A stretch of 64,000 nt of DNA, taken from an uncultured bacterium (lineage in GTDB: Bacteria; Verrucomicrobiota; Verrucomicrobiia; Limisphaerales; UBA8199). The stretch is taken from NCBI GenBank assembly GCA_963749495.1, contig CAVVMW010000023.1, positions 448,001 through 512,000 on the forward strand, read 5' to 3'. The notes beneath the pieces were generated by a model. The model was not told the origin of the DNA. It searched no databases and saw only the letters and a program-made list of their open reading frames with translations. Made by a program: the position numbers and the translations under genes. This document shows positions 42,718-51,707 of this stretch, in pieces. Positions within the stretch are counted from its first letter, which is position 1. Each line of letters starts with the position of its first letter.

Positions 42718-43053
42718 CTACGGACCGGTTTGGGGTTGGCCGCGTACTTGGGCATGGGAGAATGCGTATGGCAGATACCGCCGGCCGCCGTAGCCGGAAC
42801 TTGAGATTCCATTTTGGAATCTCAAGTTTTCCGCCTCCTCCGGGGTGAGTTGGAACATGAAATCGGAAGGGAAACGATCCAGGTTCCGCCGCACGGCCTT
42901 GTTGAGATTGCCGGTCGTAACACCGTAGAGAGCAGCCAGGTCGCGGTTCCCGAGGGCCGTTAATTGTGGCGGGGCGTCTGCTCCCAAACGCTCGCGCAAG
43001 CGTGCCGGATAACCCGCATCACCGCGCAGGATGCTTCGAGGCTGCAGATTCAC
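42718..43053 (-). pseudogene. Chimeric remnant: DprA/Smf-like N-terminus joined to an ORF6N-domain fragment
   Basis: 'GDAGYPARLRERLGADAPPQLTALGN' followed by 'RDLAALYGVTTGNLNKAVRRNLDRFPSDFMFQLT...GGRRYLPYAF'. Confidence 0.65.
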
Positions 43054-43101
43054 GGTGGAGATTCGTCTGGTTTCTTCATGTCGCGGGTTTCCGGGTTCTT
43101 G

Positions 43102-43938
43102 TCACGGCGCAAACAACAAGCCGCCCTTTTGGTGGCCGATGCCATCGCTGACCGTGACGCCGCCGCGCCACCATTGGCTGGCATCTTGATAACGAAATTG
43201 CATCCGCTTGAGGCGCTCGCCGAAAAGGTCGCGAATCCGGTAATACGCCAAGTGGACGTGGATGTTGTTGACGTGGCCCAGGCAATAGACATACGCCGCC
43301 ATCGGAAACAGGAAAGCCGAGCAAATCATGTCCGCGCCCTGAATGCCCGCATGGTTGTCGCTGTGGCCGAACACCGGCATTTCGACCAGCCCGGCGTAAG
43401 CGTCACCCGCCGCACGGAATTTCTGCGTGAAGACCGAGTGCGACACGTTGGTGTTCTTCGGCTTGTTCCGGCTGTCCAGAATCATCAAGCCAGCCGTGTT
43501 GGTTGCCGCCAGATAACGCTGAAAGTCCACCGCCAGATTTTGCACCGCCGAAGTGTAAACCGACCTGCCATCAAAGGGTGTGGCGATGGGCTTGACATAA
43601 AGCCGGGCGAGCAGCCTGGCCTCATGCGTCTCCAGCAGGTCGAGAAACCTGTCCATGAACCCCAAGGCCTGGCGGCGCGGGTCGCGCCGGCCGTTGCGGA
43701 TGCGCTTGCGCAAGTCCGCGCCCTTGATCTCCACGGCAATCCAGTCCAGAAAATCGGAATTGGGGATTCGCAAGTGGGGAAAGAAACGATCCTTGAGATG
43801 CAGCCAATCCAGAGTGAAATCCTGGAGCCGGGAGCGGTGCAAGAGCACCCCGCCCAGCACGAACACAGGCTGGATGGGCGAGATGGCCGATGGCAACATG
43901 CCGGTGCAACCGGCTTCATCAACGTAGAATATCTGCAC
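43102..43938 (-). CDS. DUF3800 domain protein
   Basis: N-terminal 'FYVDEAG', 'PVFVLGG', 'EIKG', C-terminal 'S...GIQGADMIC'; likely GTG start at 43938. Confidence 0.8.
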   Translation of the reverse strand: MQIFYVDEAGCTGMLPSAISPIQPVFVLGGVLLHRSRLQDFTLDWLHLKDRFFPHLRIPNSDFLDWIAVEIKGADLRKRIRNGRRDPRRQALGFMDRFLDLLETHEARLLARLYVKPIATPFDGRSVYTSAVQNLAVDFQRYLAATNTAGLMILDSRNKPKNTNVSHSVFTQKFRAAGDAYAGLVEMPVFGHSDNHAGIQGADMICSAFLFPMAAYVYCLGHVNNIHVHLAYYRIRDLFGERLKRMQFRYQDASQWWRGGVTVSDGIGHQKGGLLFAP

Positions 43939-43954
43939 GAGCTTCCCGGAAAAC

Positions 43955-44035
43955 AACTGTGGCCACCCTGCTTGCGCCGGGTGGCCCCAGGATTTGCCGC
44001 CTGGACGAACCAGTTCGGCGTAGGTTTATCTCTGC
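43955..44035 (-). ncRNA. Candidate structured leader/ncRNA upstream of the DUF3800 gene
   Basis: Two hairpins: GCCG-aa-CUGG-uucgu-CCAG-g-CGGC (44019-43996) and GGCCACCC..GC-GCAA-GC..GGGUGGCC (43986-43961), followed by a U-rich stretch. Confidence 0.45.
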
Positions 44036-44039
44036 ACAA

Positions 44040-44067
44040 ATAATACTCCCGGCGGCCGGCTTTGCAA
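44040..44067 (-). promoter_or_regulatory. Putative sigma70 promoter (-35 TTGCAA, 16-bp spacer, -10 TATTAT)
   Basis: Near-consensus hexamers in a GC-rich background, ~100 bp upstream of the DUF3800 gene. Confidence 0.55.
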
Positions 44068-44102
44068 GCCCGAATTTGCGGTAGTCCGGCATCATTTGCC
44101 GT

Positions 44103-44423
44103 TCATTCCTTCTGGCCCTCCGGGTCGCGGCCGAGGCGGTATTTGATGTTCTGCCCTTGTTTCAAGGTCACAATTTGTGACCTTGAACGCCGCACCGCCT
44201 CTGCCTCCGCCAAAGTCAAGCGGAACATGAAATCGGCAGGGAACCGCTCCACATTGCGTTTGACGGCCTGATTCAGAGCCTTTGTCGGTACGCCGTAGAT
44301 GGCAGCCAGATCGGGTGCGAGAATTACCCTCTGATCACGCGCGGCGAGAATCAGGGATTCAATGTTTGGACCCGAGGCCAAAGGGCTGTTCTGCTTCATG
44401 GTATCATTGGTTGGCCGACTCAA
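44103..44423 (-). pseudogene. ORF6N domain protein, truncated
   Basis: 'RDQRVILAPDLAAIYGVPTKALNQAVKRNVERFPADFMFRLT...SQIVTLKQGQNIKYR' ends before the usual PYAFTEHG segment. Confidence 0.75.
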
Positions 44424-44456
44424 AGCTGCGGAGGGTAAGAAATCGTAGTTCCCGCC

Positions 44457-45821
44457 TTACTTGCCGCTGCCCAGGAGCTCGAGCACTGCGGCGGTCATGG
44501 CGGTGATGCCGGTCTGGATGGTCGGCTCCGGCAGGGGCGCCCACAGAGGCGAATGGAGCGACGGCAGGGGCCTGCCGGTCCGCTCGCTCTCTCGGAGTGC
44601 GGCGGGGGCCACCCCGCCCACGCTGAACATGCAGACCGGGATCTTCTCCGGCGTCCGCCCGTATTCGCTGAAGTCTTCTCCGCCCATCGTGGGTTTCTTG
44701 AGAAAGAGGTTGGTCTCGCCAAACCAGGACTTGAAGGCCCCGACAACCTTCGCCGTGAGGGCCGGGTCGTTGAGAAGGGCGGGGGTGAAATCGTCCTGGA
44801 GCTTGACCTCGGGGAGGCGATCCTCGGGCATGCCGGCGGCCAGGGCGCAACCGCGCGCGATGCGTTTGATGGCCTCCAGGGTCTGCTGCCGGACCGCGTC
44901 GGTGTAAGAGCGGACCGTCAACTCCAGGCGCACCTGCTCCGGGATGATGTTGGGCCGGGTGCCGCCGTGAATCGAGCCGACGGTGACGACGGCGCCTTCG
45001 CCCGGGGTGATTTCGCGGCTGACGATCGTCTGGAGGCCGAGGATGATCTGGGCGGCCAGGACTATGGGGTCCCGGGTCTTGTGGGGGTAGGCGCCGTGCC
45101 CGCCCACGCCGCGCACGAGGATCTCCACCGAATCGACATTGGCGCAAGCGGGGCCGGGGGTGTAACCCAGAGTGCCGGCGGCCAACTCGGCGCTGTCGTG
45201 CAGGGCCAGGCAGAAATCCGGGCGCGGGAACCGTTTGAACAGGCCGTCGGCCAGCATCGCCCGGGCGCCGCCGACGGTTTCCTCGGCCGGTTGGCCGATG
45301 AAGACCAGCGTGCCGTGCCATTGATCCTTGAGCCCGGCCAGGACCCGGGCGGCGCCGGCCAGGCACGTGATATGGACGTCGTGCCCGCAGGCGTGCATGA
45401 CCGGCACGTCGTTGCCCGAGGCGTCCTTGCCCAGCGCCGTGCTGGCATAGGGCAAGCCCGTCTGCTCCTTGACCGGCAGGCCGTCCAGGTCCGAGCGGAC
45501 CAGGACCGTCGGGCCGGGGCCGTTGCGGAGCAGGCCCACCACGCCGTATTTGCCGACGCCGGTGGTGACCTCGCAGCCTGCCTTGCGCAATTCCTCGGCC
45601 AGGCGAGCGGAGGTTTGCGCCTCCTGGAACGAAAGCTCCGGGTGCGCGTGCAGGTGCCGATAGAGCGCCAGCAGGTCGGGCGTCTCCTGTTGGACCCGGG
45701 CCCGCACCCATTCGCGGGTTGCCGCAGACTCGCCGGCCCGCGCCCAAACAGGGGCAAGGCCCGCCAGCGCAAGGCCCGCCAGGGCCAGGGCGGCCGGCAA
45801 AGTCGATCGAAGCGTTTTCAT
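44457..45821 (-). CDS. M20 family amidohydrolase (hippurate hydrolase-like) with signal peptide
   Basis: 'HAHPELSFQE', 'RSDLDGLP', 'MHACGHD', 'QPAEE', 'GGHGAYPH', 'MGGEDFS'. Confidence 0.92.
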   Translation of the reverse strand: MKTLRSTLPAALALAGLALAGLAPVWARAGESAATREWVRARVQQETPDLLALYRHLHAHPELSFQEAQTSARLAEELRKAGCEVTTGVGKYGVVGLLRNGPGPTVLVRSDLDGLPVKEQTGLPYASTALGKDASGNDVPVMHACGHDVHITCLAGAARVLAGLKDQWHGTLVFIGQPAEETVGGARAMLADGLFKRFPRPDFCLALHDSAELAAGTLGYTPGPACANVDSVEILVRGVGGHGAYPHKTRDPIVLAAQIILGLQTIVSREITPGEGAVVTVGSIHGGTRPNIIPEQVRLELTVRSYTDAVRQQTLEAIKRIARGCALAAGMPEDRLPEVKLQDDFTPALLNDPALTAKVVGAFKSWFGETNLFLKKPTMGGEDFSEYGRTPEKIPVCMFSVGGVAPAALRESERTGRPLPSLHSPLWAPLPEPTIQTGITAMTAAVLELLGSGK

Positions 45822-46123
45822 GGCATCAGGGAGCAAGGTTTAACGCTGCGGGCGATGCGGGCCTCGAGCTTGTCGGCCGCCGTTTCGAGGTCATAGTGCG
45901 TCTGCAAGTCGAGCCACCAACCGGGCCGCGTGGAAAAATAGCGCGAGAGGCGCAAGGCGGTGTCCGCGGTGATGGCACGCTGTCCACGCACGATCTGGCT
46001 GACGCGGATGGGGGTCACGCCGATGGCCTTGGCCAGAGCATACTGGCTCAGCTCGAGCGGTTCCAGGAAGTCGTGGAGCAGAATTTCGCCGGGATGGACC
46101 GGCGGGAGTTTCTTGGTCTTCAT
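45818..46123 (-). CDS. higA: HigA family antitoxin
   Basis: 'PVHPGEILLHDFL...RAITADTALRLSRYFST...WLDLQ'. Confidence 0.92.
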   Translation of the reverse strand: MKTKKLPPVHPGEILLHDFLEPLELSQYALAKAIGVTPIRVSQIVRGQRAITADTALRLSRYFSTRPGWWLDLQTHYDLETAADKLEARIARSVKPCSLMP

Positions 46124-46127
46124 AGGC

Positions 46128-46409
46128 TCAATGGTAATCCACAATCTCTACGTCATGCGCGTCCTCGCCCTGCCAGCGGAAGCAGACGCGCCACTGATCG
46201 TTGACCCGCATGCTATGCTGGCCGGCACGGTCGCCTTTGAGAGTTTCCAGATGGTTGCCCGGCGGCAGCGCCAAATCGCGCAGTTCCCGCGAACGGTGAA
46301 GCTGAGTCAGCTTGCGGAGCGCGACGCGTTCGATTTGCGGCGGCAGGCCGTGGTCCCGCCGCCGAAGCCACAGTCGTTCAGTCTTGCGGCAGGCGAAGCT
46401 CGCAATCAT
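46128..46409 (-). CDS. higB: HigB (RelE-like) toxin
   Basis: 'PPGNHLETLKGDRAGQHSMRVNDQWRVCF...VEIVDYH'; toxin upstream of antitoxin. Confidence 0.92.
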   Translation of the reverse strand: MIASFACRKTERLWLRRRDHGLPPQIERVALRKLTQLHRSRELRDLALPPGNHLETLKGDRAGQHSMRVNDQWRVCFRWQGEDAHDVEIVDYH

Positions 46410-46748
46410 TGCTCAATATTATCGAGATCCGGCATGACATCAAGATGGATCGGGCGCTTACCGACAATGCCCCCGCCGCCGCCTCCGAAGGGCCGGAGCG
46501 CCGTCCCGCTCGGCGGGACGGCTTCGGACGTTCCATGTTCACAGGGGCCCAAAGGGGTGCAGGTGCGCGCAAAGCCGGCTGAAGCCGGCGCTCCGGCGGC
46601 AGTCTCAGGATGCGCCCGATGGATTGTCAAAACGCTCACTTGCCGTTCGGACGCAGACCTGATACAAGCAGGCCGATCCCGGGCGAATGGTCTCTCGACC
46701 GCCTTGCAGCCCGTCCTGGAGAACCGCGCATAGTGAACGGCATTTGTC

Positions 46749-47321
46749 ATGCAGATGAGAACACCGAACCCCTGGAGATCACGAGCTAAACCCCCGGATC
46801 GCGGCGAGCCTGTCCCAAGCGCCGGGGCCGGGGCTAGCCGTGCGAGGACCGCGGGATACAGCCTTGGTCCCGCCTTCACCCTCATCGAGCTCCTGGTGGT
46901 CATTGCCATCATCGCCATCCTGGCGGCGATGCTGCTGCCGGCCCTCTCGAAGGCCAAGGCCCAGGCGCTTCGCGTTCAGTGCGTGAACAACCAGAAGGAG
47001 CTGGTCCTGACCTGGTCCTTGTACTCCGGCGACAACCGGGAGATGTTGGTGCCCAACGGCGGCGGGCCGCCGCTGCCCTCCGGGCCATACCTCTGGGTCG
47101 AGGGCGATAACCACATGTATCTGCTCTTCCATTATCCCTCCAGCCTCCATCGCCAATCCGGCGTCCTGGTCTTTGCCGATAGTCATGCCGAGTCTCACAA
47201 ATGGACCGACCCCAGGACCCGGAAAACCGTCCCCGCCGGTCAGATCATCGCCCACAGCGATCCCTCGCCCAATAACCGGGATCTGTATTGGATCCGCGAC
47301 CATACCACGGTCAAGAAGTAA
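46749..47321 (+). CDS. Prepilin-type N-methylation domain protein, apparently shortened by an in-frame deletion near 47120
   Basis: '[23 protein letters not shown]...CVNNQKEL' then jumps from '[10 protein letters not shown]' to '[24 protein letters not shown]'. Confidence 0.7.
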   Translation: MQMRTPNPWRSRAKPPDRGEPVPSAGAGASRARTAGYSLGPAFTLIELLVVIAIIAILAAMLLPALSKAKAQALRVQCVNNQKELVLTWSLYSGDNREMLVPNGGGPPLPSGPYLWVEGDNHMYLLFHYPSSLHRQSGVLVFADSHAESHKWTDPRTRKTVPAGQIIAHSDPSPNNRDLYWIRDHTTVKK

Positions 47322-47359
47322 GGCTAAAGGCTAAGCTCGCCCACTTCAGCCTTTAGCCT

Positions 47360-47791
47360 TTAGCCTTTAGCCTTTCTTTGCATCACCGCCAGGTCGGCCC
47401 TTTTGACCCAGCCGGTATGGCGCCAGAAGGCCTCGCCGGCGGCGTTGTCGGTGAAGAGGAACAGATTGCACTTTGGGATGCCAACGGCGGCCAGGCCATC
47501 GAGGCAGGCCCGGACCAGCGCCTGGCCGATGCCATGCCGGCGCAGGTCCCGCGCCACCGCCAGGTGGTGCAGATACCCGCGCCGGCCGTCATGACCGCAC
47601 AGGACAGCCCCGACGATTCGAGTGCCGCAGCGGGCGACAAAACTCAGGCCCGGATTGCGCGCCAGATAGCTCGCGATGGCCGGCCGGCAATCCGACTCGC
47701 CCAGGCCGATGCCTTCGGTCTCGCGCCAGAGGTCGGAGACCGCCTCGAAATCAGCGAGGGTCATCGGTTGGATTTTCCAGCGCATATTCAA
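47360..47791 (-). CDS. GNAT family N-acetyltransferase (YpeA-like)
   Basis: 'GAVLCGHDGRRGYLHHLAV...RRHGIG'; its last codons lie in a (CTTTAGC)n repeat. Confidence 0.9.
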   Translation of the reverse strand: MNMRWKIQPMTLADFEAVSDLWRETEGIGLGESDCRPAIASYLARNPGLSFVARCGTRIVGAVLCGHDGRRGYLHHLAVARDLRRHGIGQALVRACLDGLAAVGIPKCNLFLFTDNAAGEAFWRHTGWVKRADLAVMQRKAKG

Positions 47792-48221
47792 AGACTTCGT
47801 ACCGGGTGCGGCTCATGCCCAGCCGCTCGTAGGACTGCCGGGCGCGGGCATTGTCGGCGTGCATGTAGAGGCGCAGGCTGCACACGTCTCTTTGCCGGAG
47901 GGCCAATTGTCTCACGTGCTCGAAGAGGGCCCGGAAGACGCCGCGACGCCGGAATTGCTCTTTGACGTACACACTTTGGAGCCACCAGGTGCAGCCGTTG
48001 CGCCAATCGCTCCATTCGTAGGTGATCATCACCTGGCCCGCGATGACCCCATCGAGCTCGGCGACAGAATAGACGCCCTTGGCGGGGTCTTTCAGCAGGG
48101 CGTCCACACCGGCCGCAACGCAGGCGGGGTCCAGCGCCAACTCCTCGGTCTCGGCGGCCAATCGAAGATTGAACTCGGCGATGAGGGGAGCGTCACGCAA
48201 TTCTGCTTTGCGGATGTTCAT
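47751..48221 (-). CDS. GNAT family N-acetyltransferase
   Basis: 'ITYEWSDWRNG..WWLQSVYV..FRRRGVF...LRLYMHADNARA'. Confidence 0.9.
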   Translation of the reverse strand: MNIRKAELRDAPLIAEFNLRLAAETEELALDPACVAAGVDALLKDPAKGVYSVAELDGVIAGQVMITYEWSDWRNGCTWWLQSVYVKEQFRRRGVFRALFEHVRQLALRQRDVCSLRLYMHADNARARQSYERLGMSRTRYEVFEYALENPTDDPR

Positions 48222-48250
48222 GGGGGGATTGGCAATGCTTTCCCATAATC

Positions 48251-48329
48251 AAACGCAGAGACGCGAAGGACGCAGAGATTAGTCTCGTTTGCCTTCTCTC
48301 ATCTCTGCGTTCTTCGCGTCTCCGCGTTT
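48251..48329. repeat. Inverted 9-mer-type repeat hairpin (ACGCAGAGA../..TCTCCGCGT)
   Basis: 'aaacgcagagacgcgaaggacgcagaga' pairs with 'tctctgcgttcttcgcgtctccgcgttt'. Confidence 0.75.
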
Positions 48330-48376
48330 TCATTGCTCCCCCGAACCCTCCTCGTGCTCCTATCCGGATGGCTCTC

Positions 48377-49855
48377 TTAGCCGCGCGTCTTTCGGCGTGC
48401 GCTGCCCCGGAGCCGCGGCTGCTGCGGGGCGGGGCTTTCGGCGGCGGGCTGCCCCTCGGGCAGGCCGAAGTATTGGCGGGCGTTGCCGTAGCAGATGTTG
48501 CGCACCATCGCCCCGACCCTCCGGAGGTCATTGGGGATCTCGCCGTTCTCGATGTCGCGTCCCAGGAGGTTGCAGAAGACGCGGCGGAAGTATTCGTGGC
48601 GGGGGTAGGACATGAAGGAGCGGGAATCGGTGACCATGCCGACAAAGCGGGAGAGCAGGCCGAGGTTGGAGAGGGCATTGAGCTGCCATTCCATGCCTTC
48701 CTTCTGGTCCAGGAACCACCAGGCCGGGCCCCACTGGAGCTTGCCCGGAATGGCGCCGTCCTGGAAATTGCCGAGCATGGTGGCCAGGACGTAATTATCG
48801 GCCGGGTTGACATTGTAGAGGATGGTGCGGGCGAGGGCCTTTTCCTGGTCGAGCGCGTCCAGGAAGGCGGCCAGGGGGGCGGCCTGGGGGAAATCGCCGA
48901 TGGAATCGAAGCCGGTGTCGGGGCCGAGTTGGCGGAGGAGGCGGGTATTGTTGTTGCGCAGGGGGCCCAGGTGCAGTTGCTGGGTCCAGCCCTTTTGCGC
49001 GTTGAGCCGGCCCAGGAAGAGCATCATGAAACTGGCGAACTGTGAGTGTTCCTGGGGCGAGGCGGCCTGGCCGGCGCGCGCGCGCGCGAAGATGGCGGCG
49101 GCCGTGGATTGGGGGCAGAAGCCGGCATAGCAGTGGTCCAGGCCATGGTCGGAGAGCCGGCAGCCCTGCTGGTGGAAGAAGTCATGGCGCCGCCGGAGGG
49201 CCTCCAGCAGGGCGGCCAAATTGGGGATGTCCAGGCCGGCGGCCGCTTCGAGGCGCTGGAGCCAGGCCTTGAACGGCCCGGGCAAGTGGACCGCCAGCGC
49301 CTTGTCGGGACGGAAGGCGGGCAGGACCGCGGTGGCCAAGCCCGAGGCGGCGATGGCCTTGTGCCAGGCCAGGTCATCGGCCGGGTCATCGGTGGTGCAG
49401 AGGGTCCGGACGCCGAACTTTTTCAGGATGCCCTGGGTGGTCAATTGCGGGCCGGCCAGTTGTTCGTTGGCCCTCTTCCAGATGCGCGGCGCGCTCCGTT
49501 CGTCCAGCAGTTCGTCGATGCTGAAATAGCGCTTTAATTCGAGATGGGTCCAGTGGTAAAGCGGGTTGCGCAACGTGTGCGGCACTGTGGCGGCCCAGGC
49601 GATGAACTTCTCCAACGGCGGGGCATCCCCGGTGCAGCACCGCTCAGCCACGCCGTTGGAGCGCATGGCCCGCCACTTGTAATGGTCTCCTTCAAGCCAG
49701 ATCTCCCACAGGTTGTCGAACCGCCGGTTCTGGGCAATGGCGCGCGGGCAAAGGTGGCAGTGATAATCGAAGATCGGCTCCGCCTCCGCACACTCGTGAT
49801 AGAGCCGCCGCGCGGTCCGGGTTTGCAACAAAAAATCTTCGCCGATGAATTTCAT
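48377..49855 (-). CDS. uxaC: Glucuronate isomerase
   Basis: 'PIFDYHCHL', 'GDHYKWRAMR', 'NPLYHWTHLEL', 'CTTDDP', 'TDSRSFMSYPRHEYFRR'. Confidence 0.97.
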   Translation of the reverse strand: MKFIGEDFLLQTRTARRLYHECAEAEPIFDYHCHLCPRAIAQNRRFDNLWEIWLEGDHYKWRAMRSNGVAERCCTGDAPPLEKFIAWAATVPHTLRNPLYHWTHLELKRYFSIDELLDERSAPRIWKRANEQLAGPQLTTQGILKKFGVRTLCTTDDPADDLAWHKAIAASGLATAVLPAFRPDKALAVHLPGPFKAWLQRLEAAAGLDIPNLAALLEALRRRHDFFHQQGCRLSDHGLDHCYAGFCPQSTAAAIFARARAGQAASPQEHSQFASFMMLFLGRLNAQKGWTQQLHLGPLRNNNTRLLRQLGPDTGFDSIGDFPQAAPLAAFLDALDQEKALARTILYNVNPADNYVLATMLGNFQDGAIPGKLQWGPAWWFLDQKEGMEWQLNALSNLGLLSRFVGMVTDSRSFMSYPRHEYFRRVFCNLLGRDIENGEIPNDLRRVGAMVRNICYGNARQYFGLPEGQPAAESPAPQQPRLRGSARRKTRG

Positions 49856-49970
49856 ACTCTGGCCTGATGTTCGCAGGCAGGCATACTACAACCGGGCGCG
49901 CCTGGTAAAGCACAACGTGGGAACATCAGTAAGGCATCAGTGAAGGCGGGAGCGTCCTTGCCCCCGGCTC

Positions 49971-50195
49971 ACCGCGTAGCGGTGCCCGATGGTAGCCGTG
50001 GACTTCCAGTCCACGGACCCATGGCCCAAGCTCAACCGCGTCGCGTAGCGACGCCTGAAAACCGCGATGCTGTCAGGCGTCGCTACGCGACTCGTGACCA
50101 TTCCCACGCCCTGAACCGTGGACCGAGGTCCACGGCTACCTTCACTGCGTCGCTACGCGACACGGGATGATTCCCACGCCCCGAACCGTGGACCG
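49971..50195. repeat. REP-like multi-palindrome element
   Basis: Palindromes 'ccgtggacttccagtccacgg' and 'gtcgcgtagcgac'; same family as the units at 58455-58962. Confidence 0.8.
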
Positions 50196-50256
50196 GAGCG
50201 GGCCGGGGTGAGGGGTCGGCCGGGGACGCTGTCTCCGCCCTCAGCGGTTACGAACG

Positions 50257-51528
50257 TCAGTGCGCGATCTGGAGGCGATAGAATTGGCAGCCGGCGGTGG
50301 CGGGGTTGGTCCAGGCGGTCGTGTTTCCGGCTGAGGGGAGGTTGGTCGCGGCGGGCGTGGCCAGAGCAGGCAACGAGGGGCCGCAGAGGATGTTATAGGT
50401 CAGAAAGGGCGCGCTGTCCCATTCCAGGGCGACCTGATTGGCAGGCAGGGCGATGGCGCGGCGGATTTGGAAGCGGTAGCCTTGGTAAAGATACACCGTG
50501 CCGTTCAGGTTGCCCAGGACCAGGTCGATGACCCCGTCGTTGTTCCAATCCGCCAGGTCCAGGCGCATGCGGCCGCCGGTGTTGATGGGGACCAGGCCGC
50601 TGCCGGCGAGCGGGGCCCGAATCGCCTGGGGCGGCTGCAGGATGGGCTGGGAGTTGCTGTTGGTATTGCGGCACCAATAGACGCCGCTGTCCGAACTGCA
50701 GACCAGGTTGACCAGGCCGTCGCCGTCCCAGTCGAACACACGGACGACCGAGCGGATTCCCAGGAACAGGTCCGAGCCTCCGGCTCGGATGCGGACCGCC
50801 GGTGCAAAGGCGGGGGACTGGACCGTATTAGTGTTCTTGAAGAAATAGACATAACCATCGCCCGAGCCGCAGAGCAGGTCCGGCAGGCCGTCCCGGTCCC
50901 AGTCATAGACCAAGGGTGTCGCCCGCAGCCCCACGCTCAAGGGCGCGCCGCCGGCCAAAAGCCGCACGCCCGGCGCAAGCTGCGGCGCGGCGTCCGTGCC
51001 CGTATTGCGATAAAACCAGACCGTGCCGTCGGACCCCGAGCCGACCAGCAGGTCACGTTTGCCGTCGGCATAGAAATCGCAGGCCCAGGGCGCCGGCGCC
51101 CCACACCCGCTTGAGGGCAGGCAGATGTCCGCCCCATCGGTTGTCTGGAGATTGGTGAAATTGTCGAAGCGGGGTTGGGCATCGGTGCCCACGTTGAGGT
51201 AGAGGGCGATTTTGCCGGCAGTCTGGTAACCCACCAGGAGGTCTTTCTTGCCGTCCCCATTCCAATCCGTCACGCACGGTATGGCGTAGCCGGTGCCGGG
51301 GCAAAGCAGCGCCGTCCCGTTGGTGAGCGGCTGGGCCGGCCGGAGTTGGACCGGGTCGGCCCTCGACCAGAGGCCAAGGCCGGCGCAGGCGGCCAACAGC
51401 AGGGGAAAGGCCAAAGGCTGACCCGCTGCGACGGCGCGACAGCGCGGCGAGAGGCTGAAGGCTGAAGAAAGAGGGACGACGAGTGCCCGCAGCTTTTCGA
51501 GGGAGATATGGCAAAATTCAGACAGCAT
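50257..51528 (-). CDS. FG-GAP/VCBS repeat secreted protein with C-terminal FYRL domain
   Basis: Repeated 'DWNGDGKKDLLVG', 'DWDRDGLPDLL', 'DWNNDGVIDLVLG'; ends 'QFYRLQIAH'. Confidence 0.85.
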   Translation of the reverse strand: MLSEFCHISLEKLRALVVPLSSAFSLSPRCRAVAAGQPLAFPLLLAACAGLGLWSRADPVQLRPAQPLTNGTALLCPGTGYAIPCVTDWNGDGKKDLLVGYQTAGKIALYLNVGTDAQPRFDNFTNLQTTDGADICLPSSGCGAPAPWACDFYADGKRDLLVGSGSDGTVWFYRNTGTDAAPQLAPGVRLLAGGAPLSVGLRATPLVYDWDRDGLPDLLCGSGDGYVYFFKNTNTVQSPAFAPAVRIRAGGSDLFLGIRSVVRVFDWDGDGLVNLVCSSDSGVYWCRNTNSNSQPILQPPQAIRAPLAGSGLVPINTGGRMRLDLADWNNDGVIDLVLGNLNGTVYLYQGYRFQIRRAIALPANQVALEWDSAPFLTYNILCGPSLPALATPAATNLPSAGNTTAWTNPATAGCQFYRLQIAH

Positions 51529-51707
51529 ATGAGGCCCGGTTTTTCACTGCCGGCAACCACCCTATGCGCCGGGCGTCTATTTGCAAGCCCGAAGGGAAGG
51601 GCCAGGTCTTCGGGGGTGTGAGACAGAATTCTATCTCTGATTTCTCTGTTGCCTCCTGTGCAACTCCCGCATACATCTTGGAAGAGAACCTGCTCCGCAG
51701 TCCTGGC

